Source: a virus
Lineage: Duplodnaviria; Caudoviricetes
Reading direction: 5' to 3' (one strand)
DNA length: 64,000 nt
Virus record (IMG/VR): IMGVR_UViG_3300044247_000057
Span: 13,887 to 77,886 of that record
The position numbers were made by a program, and so were the translations under genes. Every line of letters begins with the position of its first letter. Position 1 is the stretch's first letter. The notes under the pieces were generated by a model, which was not told the DNA's origin, did no database searches, and saw nothing but the letters and a program-made list of their open reading frames with translations. Of this stretch, positions 21,087-29,690 are shown piece after piece.

Positions 21087-21407
21087 GTGACGGACCAGCC
21101 CACTGAGCCGATCCCTCCGCACCGGCCACGGTTCAGGGATCGCAGTACCACCGACCTGTTGGTCATCATGATTGCCTTCACCATCTGCGGCTCCGTGGTG
21201 GTGGGCAGTGGTACGGCCATCATCACCGAGCTCTTCCGTCCTGAACAGGACACCTCGGCTGTGCTCAGGGCCGTCTCCGACATCATCAACACCCTGATCG
21301 GTCTGCTGGCGGGCTTCCTCGCGGGGCGAACTGATGCCACGCTGACAGCGGCGAGGGAGGCAGAAGCCGCCAAGAAGAAGTCGCCGCCACCTGAGGTCGC
21401 AGAGTGA
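21087..21407 (+). CDS. Two-TM membrane protein (lysis-cassette candidate)
   Basis: Two hydrophobic segments, ending [15 protein letters not shown]. Confidence 0.6.
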   Translation: MTDQPTEPIPPHRPRFRDRSTTDLLVIMIAFTICGSVVVGSGTAIITELFRPEQDTSAVLRAVSDIINTLIGLLAGFLAGRTDATLTAAREAEAAKKKSPPPEVAE

Positions 21408-22057
21408 ACCGGATCTACTCCAACCCGATCATCGGCTTCGGCCTCGCAGCAGTCTTGATGGTGACGGCTCTGTTGATGGCGGTGCTGCCCCCACTGATGG
21501 GGGTGGACCCAGAGGGAGAGACCAACAACCAGATCCAGATCGAGGGGCCTCAGGGTCCACCAGGAACGAACGGGAAGAACGGACTCGATGGAGCAGACGG
21601 TGAGCAAGGCCCTCCTGGACCTGCAGGAGCGCGTGGACTTCCGGGAGCTGGCGAACCAGGTGCACCAGGTCCGCAGGGCGTTCCAGGGCCTGCAGGTGCA
21701 GACGGACAAGACGGGCAGGACGGTGAAGCAGGCGTTCCAGGTCCAGCTGGGCCTGCTGGCCTTCCCGGACCTGCTGGGGGAGAGACCGGACCGCCAGGCC
21801 CGCAGGGAGCGACAGGAGCGCAGGGCAAGGACGGCGCAGACGGAAAGGACGGGGTAGATGGCAAGGATGGCGCTCAGGGTGTACCTGGCCCTAGTGGACC
21901 GAGTGGTCCTCCTGGTCCAGCTGCTCCGACTGTGGCTCCCACCGACACCCCGTGTCCGGACGGCTTCACCTTCGGTGAGGTAGAGGTCCACCAGCGCGCC
22001 CCCGTGGACCAGGACCTGCCCATCTGGGTCTGCGTCCCGACGAGCGAGGGTGGATAG
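21404..22057 (+). CDS. Membrane-anchored collagen-like protein
   Basis: N-terminal TM helix, about 40 GXY triplets with two interruptions, C-terminal Cys-pair domain. Confidence 0.75.
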   Translation: MNRIYSNPIIGFGLAAVLMVTALLMAVLPPLMGVDPEGETNNQIQIEGPQGPPGTNGKNGLDGADGEQGPPGPAGARGLPGAGEPGAPGPQGVPGPAGADGQDGQDGEAGVPGPAGPAGLPGPAGGETGPPGPQGATGAQGKDGADGKDGVDGKDGAQGVPGPSGPSGPPGPAAPTVAPTDTPCPDGFTFGEVEVHQRAPVDQDLPIWVCVPTSEGG

Positions 22058-22066
22058 GCTGAGGCT

Positions 22067-22417
22067 GTGACCGTCACGTGGGACGCGCTGAGCATCGTCC
22101 AGCTGCTCATCGCCTTCGTCCTGCCCCTGCTGGTGGGGTTGGTTACCAAGACCAGCATGAGGGGCGGCGTGAAGGCACTCCTCCTGGCCGGACTCAACCT
22201 AGTGCTAGCTCTGCTGTCCGAGCTGGCTCGTGCCCTGAGCTCAGGAGAGGTCTTCGATCTCGGGGTGGCGCTGATCAGCGCATTGCCTGCATTCATCGTC
22301 TCGGTAGGCGCGCATATGGGACTGTGGAAGCCGACCGGGGTCACCAACACTGTCCAGCATCTGCTGGTGACAGATGGTGACACGACGCCGCAGGTACCAC
22401 CCCAGAGAGCCGCCTGA
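22067..22417 (+). CDS. Holin
   Basis: LLIAFVLPLLVGLVTK...VKALLL...FDLGVALI...HMGLWKPTGV: the actinophage holin pattern. Confidence 0.8.
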   Translation: MTVTWDALSIVQLLIAFVLPLLVGLVTKTSMRGGVKALLLAGLNLVLALLSELARALSSGEVFDLGVALISALPAFIVSVGAHMGLWKPTGVTNTVQHLLVTDGDTTPQVPPQRAA

Positions 22418-22527
22418 AGCCTCTGCACAACCCCGTAGGTGACTGGGCAGCTGCCCTCGTGGTTGCGGTAGGTCTGTCTGTCGTGATATTGGCCATCGTC
22501 GTGACAGTGCTCATATCCTGAAGTGAC

Positions 22528-22587
22528 GGCGTCCTGGAGTGAACGGTCTGACCCCCCGAGCAGACCATCCCTCCTCCAGGGCGTTTT
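22528..22587 (+). terminator. Long imperfect hairpin ending in a U-tract, upstream of portal
   Basis: GGCGTCCTGGAG pairs with CTCCAGGGCGTT (12 bp including G.U); inner GGTCTG/CAGACC; followed by TTTT. Confidence 0.55.
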
Positions 22588-22635
22588 CCACGTCCTGCGT
22601 TGCTAGCCCTGAGAGACTGATCCGCAGGAGGACCG

Positions 22636-24465
22636 ATGTCGACTGAGTACGTGAACCCACCGGCAGGCGGGTATCCGGAGATCATTGACGTCGCCGTGGA
22701 CGGCGAAGCCAAGAAGATCCCGGTCGGTCCGCCCTTTGTCGAGCTCGGTGGCACCGGCCTGAAGCGGTCCACCGGAGTCATCGACGAGGAGTTCCTGCCC
22801 GCGCTACGCGGGACCAAGGGCGTCAAGGTCTTCACCGAGATGTCGCAGAACGATGCGACCATCGGTGCTCTGCTCTTCACCATCGAGAAGCTGCTGCGTG
22901 AGGTCACCTGGACGGTGGTGGGGGACGACTCCTCCCCCGAGCAGGCGAAGGCGGTGCAGTTCGTCGAGGAGTGCATCGACGACATGTCCCACAGCTTCGA
23001 CGACCTGGTGGCGGAGATCCTGAGCATGCTCCCCTATGGGTGGAGCTGGCACGAGATCGTCTACAAGAAGCGCATCGGTCCCTGGGAGAACGACGGGCGA
23101 AGGCGCAGCAAGTTCACGGACGGCAAGATCGGCTGGCGCAAGATGCCGATCAGGGCCCAGGAGACGCTGCATCGCTGGCTGTTCGACGACACGGGTGGCA
23201 TCAAGGGCATGGTGCAGATCCCGGCCCCCACCTACACCCAGCGCACGCTGAGCATCGAGCGGTGCCTGCTGTTCCGCACGGGCGCGCACAAGGGCAACCC
23301 CGAGGGTCGCTCCATCCTGCGCAACGCCTACCGGCCCTGGTTCTTCAAGAAGCGGCTGGAGGAGTTCGAGGCCATCGGTGTGGAGCGTGACCTGGCCGGT
23401 CTACCCTTCGCCAAGGTCCCCAGCCAGATCATGAAGCCGGACGCGACGCCGCAGCAGAAGCAGCTGTTCACGGCGTTCAAGCGCCTGGTGAGCAACGTCC
23501 GAAGGGACGAGCACGACGGTGTGGTCATCCCCTCGGACGTGGACCCGGACACCAAGACGCCAGAGTACGACTTCCAGCTGTTGAGCTCGGGTGGTGGCAA
23601 GACCTTCGACACCAACGCCCTGATCGAGCGGTACAGCACCGAGATATTGATGACCGTGCTGGCCGACTTCATCAAGGTTGGTCACCAGGGAACGGGCTCC
23701 TACGCCCTCCATGTGGACAAGACGGGCATCTTCCGGGCCGCGCTGAACAGCATCGCCCAGGGCATCGCGGACGTGTTCAACCGCCATGCCATCCCCCGGC
23801 TGTTCGCCATGAACCAGTGGAAGCTGGACAAGCTCCCCCGGATCGAGCCCAGCAACGTCGACCCGCCCAACCTGGCTGAGCTGGGTGCCTTCATGCAGAC
23901 CATGGCCGGACTGGGGATGACCTTCTTCCCGGACCCGGACCTGGAGAAGTTCCTGCGCGAGGCCTCGCACCTGCCCGATCTCCCCCAGGAGGTGGAGGAG
24001 ATGCGGCGGGAGGAGGCCGACATGCAGAACGCCATGGCCTTCGAGGGCGCGAAGCAGAAGCAGCAGATGGTGGCCGAGGGGATGACCCCGGAGCAGGCTG
24101 AGATGCAGGCCCAGGCCCCCACACCCGAGATGCAGGAGCAGGAGCAGGCCGGGGCCATGCAGCAGCAGGAGATGGATGCCCAGGGCAAGCAGATGGACAT
24201 GGACATCAAGGGCCGCGACGCCGAGCTGAAGATGCAGGGCCAGAAGCAGGGTCTGGAGATCGACGGCAAGTCCAAGCGGCAGGCCCTGGAGCACGACCGC
24301 AGGGCCAAGGATCTGGAACACCGGCACAACAAGCGGTCCAAGGACCTGGAGTACACCCACAAGAAGCGCATCAGTGAGCTGAGCATCCGGGAGAAGAAGG
24401 AAGCCATGAAGCAGCGGCCCAAGGCGAACGAGCCCAAGAAGACCTTCCCGAAGAAGAAGAAGTGA
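22636..24465 (+). CDS. Portal protein with Q/M-rich and basic coiled C-terminal extension
   Basis: ELGGTGL...LRGTKG..F.EM..ND..IG, LPYGWSWHEIVYK, GNPEGRSILRNAYRPW, AIGVERDLAGLP; GGAGGA RBS. Confidence 0.9.
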   Translation: MSTEYVNPPAGGYPEIIDVAVDGEAKKIPVGPPFVELGGTGLKRSTGVIDEEFLPALRGTKGVKVFTEMSQNDATIGALLFTIEKLLREVTWTVVGDDSSPEQAKAVQFVEECIDDMSHSFDDLVAEILSMLPYGWSWHEIVYKKRIGPWENDGRRRSKFTDGKIGWRKMPIRAQETLHRWLFDDTGGIKGMVQIPAPTYTQRTLSIERCLLFRTGAHKGNPEGRSILRNAYRPWFFKKRLEEFEAIGVERDLAGLPFAKVPSQIMKPDATPQQKQLFTAFKRLVSNVRRDEHDGVVIPSDVDPDTKTPEYDFQLLSSGGGKTFDTNALIERYSTEILMTVLADFIKVGHQGTGSYALHVDKTGIFRAALNSIAQGIADVFNRHAIPRLFAMNQWKLDKLPRIEPSNVDPPNLAELGAFMQTMAGLGMTFFPDPDLEKFLREASHLPDLPQEVEEMRREEADMQNAMAFEGAKQKQQMVAEGMTPEQAEMQAQAPTPEMQEQEQAGAMQQQEMDAQGKQMDMDIKGRDAELKMQGQKQGLEIDGKSKRQALEHDRRAKDLEHRHNKRSKDLEYTHKKRISELSIREKKEAMKQRPKANEPKKTFPKKKK

Positions 24466-25508
24466 GCACCGCCGACATCCTGCGACAGCAGGGGGTGGAC
24501 GTCCGGCTGGTGATGAAGGCGGCCAGGGACGACAACCAGCACAAGCGTGCTGGCGGTGGTGCCATGGTCGGGGCAGGCGGCGTCGCTGCTGCCGGTGGCT
24601 TCGCTGGTGGCGGGGTTCCGGGACTGAAGTCGGACCGTCTGCTGATGGACGTCACGGGTGCGGCCAACCGGCGCGAGAAGGTGAAGATGGCTGCGCGGGC
24701 GTACAAGGGCGGGGAGTTCGGCTACCGGACCAACGCCCACCACACGCACCAGGCCTTCAACCTCAGCGATACCAAGGCTGCTCCCGATGCTTCTCGGGTT
24801 GCTCATCTCAAAGCCGCCCACAACGCCGGACAGAGTGCTGCCGAGACCAAGATCATCCGGCACCTGAAGGTGGCCCGGAAGGGGTCGCACGCTGCCCTGG
24901 TGGGTGGTGCCGGTCTGACCGCCCTGGGTGTGCACCGCATCCGGCAGGCGAAGAAAAACAAGGCACAGCCGGTCTCCAAGGCGGAGAAGAAGGGTGACAC
25001 CGCCTTCGGTGCCGCCCTGGGTGCCGGTGCTGCGACGGCTGGGGTCAGTGTGGGTGGTGCCCGGGCGCTGGAGCACCACGGGCGCAAGTGGTCCCGCTCA
25101 GCTGCTGCTGACCTGGATGAGGCGCACAAGATCATCCCGAACTCGGGCGGGCACAAGGTCAACCCCTTCCCGGGCAAGACGAACCCCCGGGTGCCCGACA
25201 TCGGCCCGGAGAAGGGCGAGTCGAAGGTCTGGCGGGACCCGAAGATCCTGGCGGGGAAGTCCAAGGCCCAGGCCGCGAAGGTGGGAGAGCTGCGCGGGAA
25301 CGCCATGAAGAGCCGCTACTTCGCCGGGGTGTACGGGAAGATGGGTGGAGCTGTTCGCCGCATCCGTAACCCTGCCATCGGGGTGGCCACGGTGGGTGCG
25401 GGCGGTCTGGCGGTGACCCATCACAAGAAGAAGGACAAGGTCGCCAAGTCCCTGTTCGAGCTCCGTGTGGAGTCGATGCACCCAAAAGCACAGTCAGCAA
25501 GGGGGTAG
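24462..25508 (+). CDS. Basic Gly/Ala-rich modular head-region protein A (N-terminal part of a possible frameshift fusion)
   Basis: Four G/A-rich hydrophobic segments, each next to a K/R cluster; LVMK|A, VSK|A and VAK|S motifs. Confidence 0.75.
   Translation: MSTADILRQQGVDVRLVMKAARDDNQHKRAGGGAMVGAGGVAAAGGFAGGGVPGLKSDRLLMDVTGAANRREKVKMAARAYKGGEFGYRTNAHHTHQAFNLSDTKAAPDASRVAHLKAAHNAGQSAAETKIIRHLKVARKGSHAALVGGAGLTALGVHRIRQAKKNKAQPVSKAEKKGDTAFGAALGAGAATAGVSVGGARALEHHGRKWSRSAAADLDEAHKIIPNSGGHKVNPFPGKTNPRVPDIGPEKGESKVWRDPKILAGKSKAQAAKVGELRGNAMKSRYFAGVYGKMGGAVRRIRNPAIGVATVGAGGLAVTHHKKKDKVAKSLFELRVESMHPKAQSARG
25481..25487 (+). other. Candidate -1 ribosomal frameshift site C CCA AAA
   Basis: In-frame XXXYYYZ heptamer; hairpin GCAAGG/CCTTGC begins 9 nt downstream; the -1 frame is open to 26896 and has no ATG/GTG/TTG between 25370 and 25574. 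Confidence 0.6.
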
Positions 25509-26896
25509 GCCTTGCGGGTCTGGTCGAGAACGCTGCCACCGCCACCGCTGGCAGCGTAGGCCTCAGTGAAGCCGTGCGGCGGAAGCGGCGGCGCAAGCGG
25601 GCCAAGGTCGCCAAGTCCTTCATCAACGGCAAGTTCGTCCGGGCCGTCGATCTGGGTGCCAAGCAGAAGCACAAGATCCGGACGGTGAACCAGTACGCCC
25701 AGTCCAAGGGCGCTCTGGGCAACCGCTCCGACCCCGTGCTGTCGGGCTACCGGAAGAAGATCGAGACCGAGGCAGGTCCCTTGCGGGAAGCCTTCAAGAC
25801 CGGCGACCAGGCCAAGCTGGCTGAGTTCGGCGAAAAGGCTGGTTTCGACGCCTTCGCCCACCGGATGGGGGGCAAGGGCGGCGGCAAGTCCATGGTTCAC
25901 ATCACGCCCAAGAACGAGTACAAGGAGAAGTTCGTCAGCCAGTCGATGGGTGAGAAGTCCCACGGCCACCTCGGCAGACACGAGGCCGCGCACGCCTCGA
26001 CGAAACGATCCGAGTACCGGTTGCACGGTCAGATCCCGGCCAGCATGAAAAAGCACGGTCGGGAGGAGGGGCGGGCCGACTTCATCGCCAGTGGTCACTA
26101 CAGGGGCGCTGGACACAAGCCCACGGAGTTGGGTGAGGCACCTTCCGGCTACTCCAATGCCGTCCAGCAGTGGGAGAAGCCTGGGTTCAAGAAGAAGACC
26201 ATCCCTGAGGCGCGCAAAGCCCACGTGGAAGCGGGTGCTTCGTCCAAGGAGTTCGACCGGACCATCAAGGGTCAGAACAACTGGAACAAGGGCTACCGCC
26301 AGGTGCACGAGAAGATGCAGGCGGCCAAGACCGCCCGCACCGTCAAGCCCCAGGTCGCTCCCAGGCCGGTGGCCGAGCCTGCCCCCACTCCCGCACGGCC
26401 CGCGTACATCCCCGGACCAGGACCTCAGACCGCTCCCAAGCCAGGTCGGTTCAAGCGGATCTTCAGCCGCAAGGACCGGGTGGGCAAGGCCTACACAGTG
26501 AGGAAGGCAGACATGGAGTTCCCGATGAAGGGGGAGATCGCCAAGATGCTCCCCACCATGGCTGAGAGGAAGCTCATGGTGGCGGATAACAAGCTGCGGC
26601 GGGCTGCCGACAAGGTGACCCAGAAGGCCCACTTCAAGGCCCAGAAGACGGCGCAGAAGACAGCGCTCGGCACCACGAGGCAGATGACCAGGGACTTCAA
26701 GGCTGCCAATCCGGGGAGGAAGACGACGGCGCAGTTGCAGGAGCACCACGACGCCGTGAAGGCGGTGCGCGATCAGCACTGGGCCCAGAAGCAGTCCGGG
26801 ATCATCGCCCACAACAAGCGCCCGGGGAAGATGCGCAGCCAGTGGGCTGGAGACCCCAACCTGCCCGGCACGCGCACCACGATGTTCGGTGGCTGA
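25487..26896 (+). CDS. Head-region protein B (-1 frame of A) with HExxH zincin-like motif; the track annotates only 25574-26896
   Basis: The -1 frame reads STVSK|GVGLAGLVENAATATAGSVGLSEAVRRKRRRKRAKVAK|SFING...; it contains HEAAH and EEGRAD. Confidence 0.65.
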   Translation, partial: STVSKGVGLAGLVENAATATAGSVGLSEAVRRKRRRKRAKVAKSFINGKFVRAVDLGAKQKHKIRTVNQYAQSKGALGNRSDPVLSGYRKKIETEAGPLREAFKTGDQAKLAEFGEKAGFDAFAHRMGGKGGGKSMVHITPKNEYKEKFVSQSMGEKSHGHLGRHEAAHASTKRSEYRLHGQIPASMKKHGREEGRADFIASGHYRGAGHKPTELGEAPSGYSNAVQQWEKPGFKKKTIPEARKAHVEAGASSKEFDRTIKGQNNWNKGYRQVHEKMQAAKTARTVKPQVAPRPVAEPAPTPARPAYIPGPGPQTAPKPGRFKRIFSRKDRVGKAYTVRKADMEFPMKGEIAKMLPTMAERKLMVADNKLRRAADKVTQKAHFKAQKTAQKTALGTTRQMTRDFKAANPGRKTTAQLQEHHDAVKAVRDQHWAQKQSGIIAHNKRPGKMRSQWAGDPNLPGTRTTMFGG

Positions 26897-27753
26897 TGCC
26901 CGACGCAGATCTGACCTTCCGAGTGGGCCTGAAGGTCAACCAGATGCCTAAGACCAACCTGCTGCAGAACGCCGTCTACGAGTCCATCGACCGCAAGTGG
27001 TACCTGTGTCAAGCCCAGGACGCGGGAGCTCGGGACCGGGAGCACAGCATGATCCGGCGCTTCTCCCGCACGGGCACGTTCGAGGGCACCACCAAGTGCG
27101 AGCTGTTCGGCCACGGCAACCAGATCGGGGTGCGCAAGTCAGCCGCAGGCAACGTCTGGATCTGGGTGCCGATGGACTCTTACAACGGCTCCGGTCACAC
27201 CACCAGCACCAAGCCTGCTCGGGTCGTCTTCGAGAAGGGCTCTACCCGGGTGCGCAAGGAGTCGGCGGTGGTCGACATCTATGACGGTGGGCTGGCTAAC
27301 CAGGGCTTCGGGCTGTCGGCGGAGAACCCCGGCATCCTCTACCTGCGGAAGGGCCACTCCGGCTCCGAGACCTACCGGATGGTGGACGAGGAGGCCTACC
27401 GCAAGGGCAACGGCAAGTCCAAGGTGTACGGCGAGGTCGAGGTCTCCAAACACAACCGGGGGAAGTACTTCCAGGGCTGTGGGGCAGGCGGGGACACTCT
27501 GGCCGTGCTGTCCGGCTCCACTGGTCACAACCAGTACATCGACGTCTACAGCTTCGAGAAGCGCAAGAAGCTGACCCGGCTGACCATCCCGATAAGCCAG
27601 ATCTACCGCTGCCTGAAGAGCGGTGGAGCCACCTACAGCAGTGCCGAGGCCGAGGGCCTGCAGTTCATCGACGGTGCCCTGTACATGGGTGCCCGCTCGG
27701 GCCCACCGGGGAAGAAGCGCGACTTCTCCATCATGGAGGTGTCCGGATGGTGA
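26896..27753 (+). CDS. TagC / P68-RBP-like beta-propeller protein
   Basis: FGHGNQIG, VWIWV, QGCG, SSAEAEGL; TGATG-coupled start at 26896. Confidence 0.6.
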   Translation: MPDADLTFRVGLKVNQMPKTNLLQNAVYESIDRKWYLCQAQDAGARDREHSMIRRFSRTGTFEGTTKCELFGHGNQIGVRKSAAGNVWIWVPMDSYNGSGHTTSTKPARVVFEKGSTRVRKESAVVDIYDGGLANQGFGLSAENPGILYLRKGHSGSETYRMVDEEAYRKGNGKSKVYGEVEVSKHNRGKYFQGCGAGGDTLAVLSGSTGHNQYIDVYSFEKRKKLTRLTIPISQIYRCLKSGGATYSSAEAEGLQFIDGALYMGARSGPPGKKRDFSIMEVSGW

Positions 27754-27932
27754 CCGACGAGATCTCCAAGGACCTGGCCAACCACTGGTACTACTCCACG
27801 GCCTGCCTGCACGAGAGACACGACGCCTGTCGAGAGACCTGCAAGTTCTGCCATGACCCCTGTCACTGCGTCTGCCATCCAGACGCCGCCGAGACAATGA
27901 TCTCCAGGAGAAAGGTCGCTCACATCGAGTGA
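27747..27932 (+). CDS. Small Cys/His-rich protein
   Basis: STACLHERHDACRETCKFCHDPCHCVCH (7 Cys). Confidence 0.6.
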   Translation: MVTDEISKDLANHWYYSTACLHERHDACRETCKFCHDPCHCVCHPDAAETMISRRKVAHIE

Positions 27933-27959
27933 CCCGGGGGCTCCGACAAGGAGAACCCA

Positions 27960-29084
27960 ATGCTCAGAGCCCTGGTGATCGCTGTCCTCTTCCTGTTCAT
28001 GGGAGGCAGCGCCGCCCAGGCTCAGCCTCCTCGACCTGGTCTGTGCACCGGTCTGACGGGGGACGCACTGACCAAGTGCCTGTACTCCGACACCGACGAC
28101 CGGCTCAGGGCTCTCGGGTCTGTCCCCACCACTGCGCCCACCTCGCCCACGACTGCGCCCACCACAGTCGCACCCACCACTGCTCCGCCGACGACCGCAC
28201 CACCAGCCTCTGGTGACTGGCTGAGCGGGGCCAGCGGTACGGAGGCAGCCAACGGCACCTTCGGCACCTGGCGGGGCACTCCTGTCGAGATCGCCACCTT
28301 CTGGATCAACGACCCGGCCCTCTACCCCATCGGACCCAAGATCTCCGGCTGTGGGGGCTGCGGGGAGTGGGCTGGGTTCAACGGCCCGGTCAGCATCAGC
28401 TCCTCACCCGCCAACTGGCAGGGCTGGTCCGCTGAGGCCAACGGTGCCAACGACACCTTCTGGACCGCTGTGGCGCGCAAGGCGAAGGAGCTGCGTACAG
28501 GCAAGGGGCAGGTCTACATCAACCCCTACTACGAGTTCAACGGGGACTGGATGCCGTACTCGGTGGCTCGTACCACCCAGGGGCAGACCGACTTCCGGAA
28601 CGCCTTCGCCCGCACCTCGGCCATCCTGCGACGGGAGTTCCCGGGTGTGAAGGTCGTCATCAACCCCGGTGCCGGACGCACGGTGCCGGATGCCATGTGG
28701 CCCGCCAAGGACGCCTTCGACGTGGTAGGGATCGACACGTACAACGAGTGGCCATGGTGCGGGACAGCCTCCTGCCAGGGCACCCAGATCGCCCGGATCG
28801 AGACCTTGCGGCTGCAGGCAGCTGCGCGGGGGAAGCCGATCTCGTTCCCGGAGTGGGGCAACTCCTCCGTCGCCTCCTCTGCGGGTGGCGGAGGAGACAG
28901 TCCCGCCTTCATCGACGCCTTCCACACCTACCTGCGCGACCACGCGGGTACGGGCGCGGGGCAGGTGGTGTACGAGACCTACTTCAACGTGGGTGGCTAC
29001 GACGCTCACTACGAGCTCTACCTCAACGGCGCAGTCAACATTCGCCAGCCACAGACGGCGGCTCAGTACCGAGCGAGGTTCTGA
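27960..29084 (+). CDS. Secreted glycoside hydrolase, GH26-like (clan GH-A)
   Basis: Signal peptide ending AQA, Pro/Thr linker, YYEFNGDW (acid/base), DVVGIDTYN, KPISFPEWG (nucleophile); AAGGAG RBS. Confidence 0.8.
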   Translation: MLRALVIAVLFLFMGGSAAQAQPPRPGLCTGLTGDALTKCLYSDTDDRLRALGSVPTTAPTSPTTAPTTVAPTTAPPTTAPPASGDWLSGASGTEAANGTFGTWRGTPVEIATFWINDPALYPIGPKISGCGGCGEWAGFNGPVSISSSPANWQGWSAEANGANDTFWTAVARKAKELRTGKGQVYINPYYEFNGDWMPYSVARTTQGQTDFRNAFARTSAILRREFPGVKVVINPGAGRTVPDAMWPAKDAFDVVGIDTYNEWPWCGTASCQGTQIARIETLRLQAAARGKPISFPEWGNSSVASSAGGGGDSPAFIDAFHTYLRDHAGTGAGQVVYETYFNVGGYDAHYELYLNGAVNIRQPQTAAQYRARF

Positions 29085-29110
29085 CCGAGACAGTTCCGGG
29101 AGAATGAGGT

Positions 29111-29689
29111 ATGCCTTGGGAACAAACCGGCAGTGGCTACAAGACGAGTCGTGGTGGCTTCGTCAAGAACCCCGCTCAGTACGAGAAGCTGCGGGGCAAG
29201 GGCATGTCCAAGGAACGAGCGGCACGGATCGTCAACAAGGAGCTGAGGATGAAGGATCCCATCGAGATCATGAAGGCTGATGCTCTCTGGCGTCGTGACG
29301 ACGAGGACATCGAGAAGGGCATCTTCGGTGGTCTGGCCCAGGGGCTGAAGCGCACCCAGGCCATCGGTCCGATGCAGCGCGGCACTCAGGCTGGCTTCAA
29401 CGCCGGTACTGCTATCCGCAGCGCGGGCAGCAAGGTCGCGGGTGCGTTCAGGCGGACTGGTGGTCAGGTGAAGGCCGGTGCCCAGACCGCCCACGGTCCA
29501 CTGCCTGCCACTGCCCCCACGGCCACCAAGGTCGGACAGCAGGCTGCACGCGCCCCGGGTCGTCTGGTGGCGGCAGTCAAGGAGCGTCCCAAGACGGCCA
29601 TCGGCGTAGGCGCTGCCACAGCCGGGCTTGCTGGTGGCGGTGCCTACACGGCTGGGCGCACCCACAAGAAGCGGACAGGTCGTCCCTGA
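29111..29689 (+). CDS. Modular head-region protein C
   Basis: N-terminal KNPAQYEKLRGKGMSKERAARI; IMK|A and IEK|G; G/A-rich helix followed by HKKR. Confidence 0.75.
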   Translation: MPWEQTGSGYKTSRGGFVKNPAQYEKLRGKGMSKERAARIVNKELRMKDPIEIMKADALWRRDDEDIEKGIFGGLAQGLKRTQAIGPMQRGTQAGFNAGTAIRSAGSKVAGAFRRTGGQVKAGAQTAHGPLPATAPTATKVGQQAARAPGRLVAAVKERPKTAIGVGAATAGLAGGGAYTAGRTHKKRTGRP

Positions 29690-29690
29690 G

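Noticed and set aside
22420-22635. tRNA or known ncRNA in the largest intergenic gap
   Set aside because: No cloverleaf or TTCG T-loop. It is better explained as a terminator-like hairpin plus a small ORF.
25506-25508. TAG read-through or alternative genetic code linking 24462 to 25574
   Set aside because: The two ORFs are in different frames, and TAG ends many genes normally elsewhere in the window.
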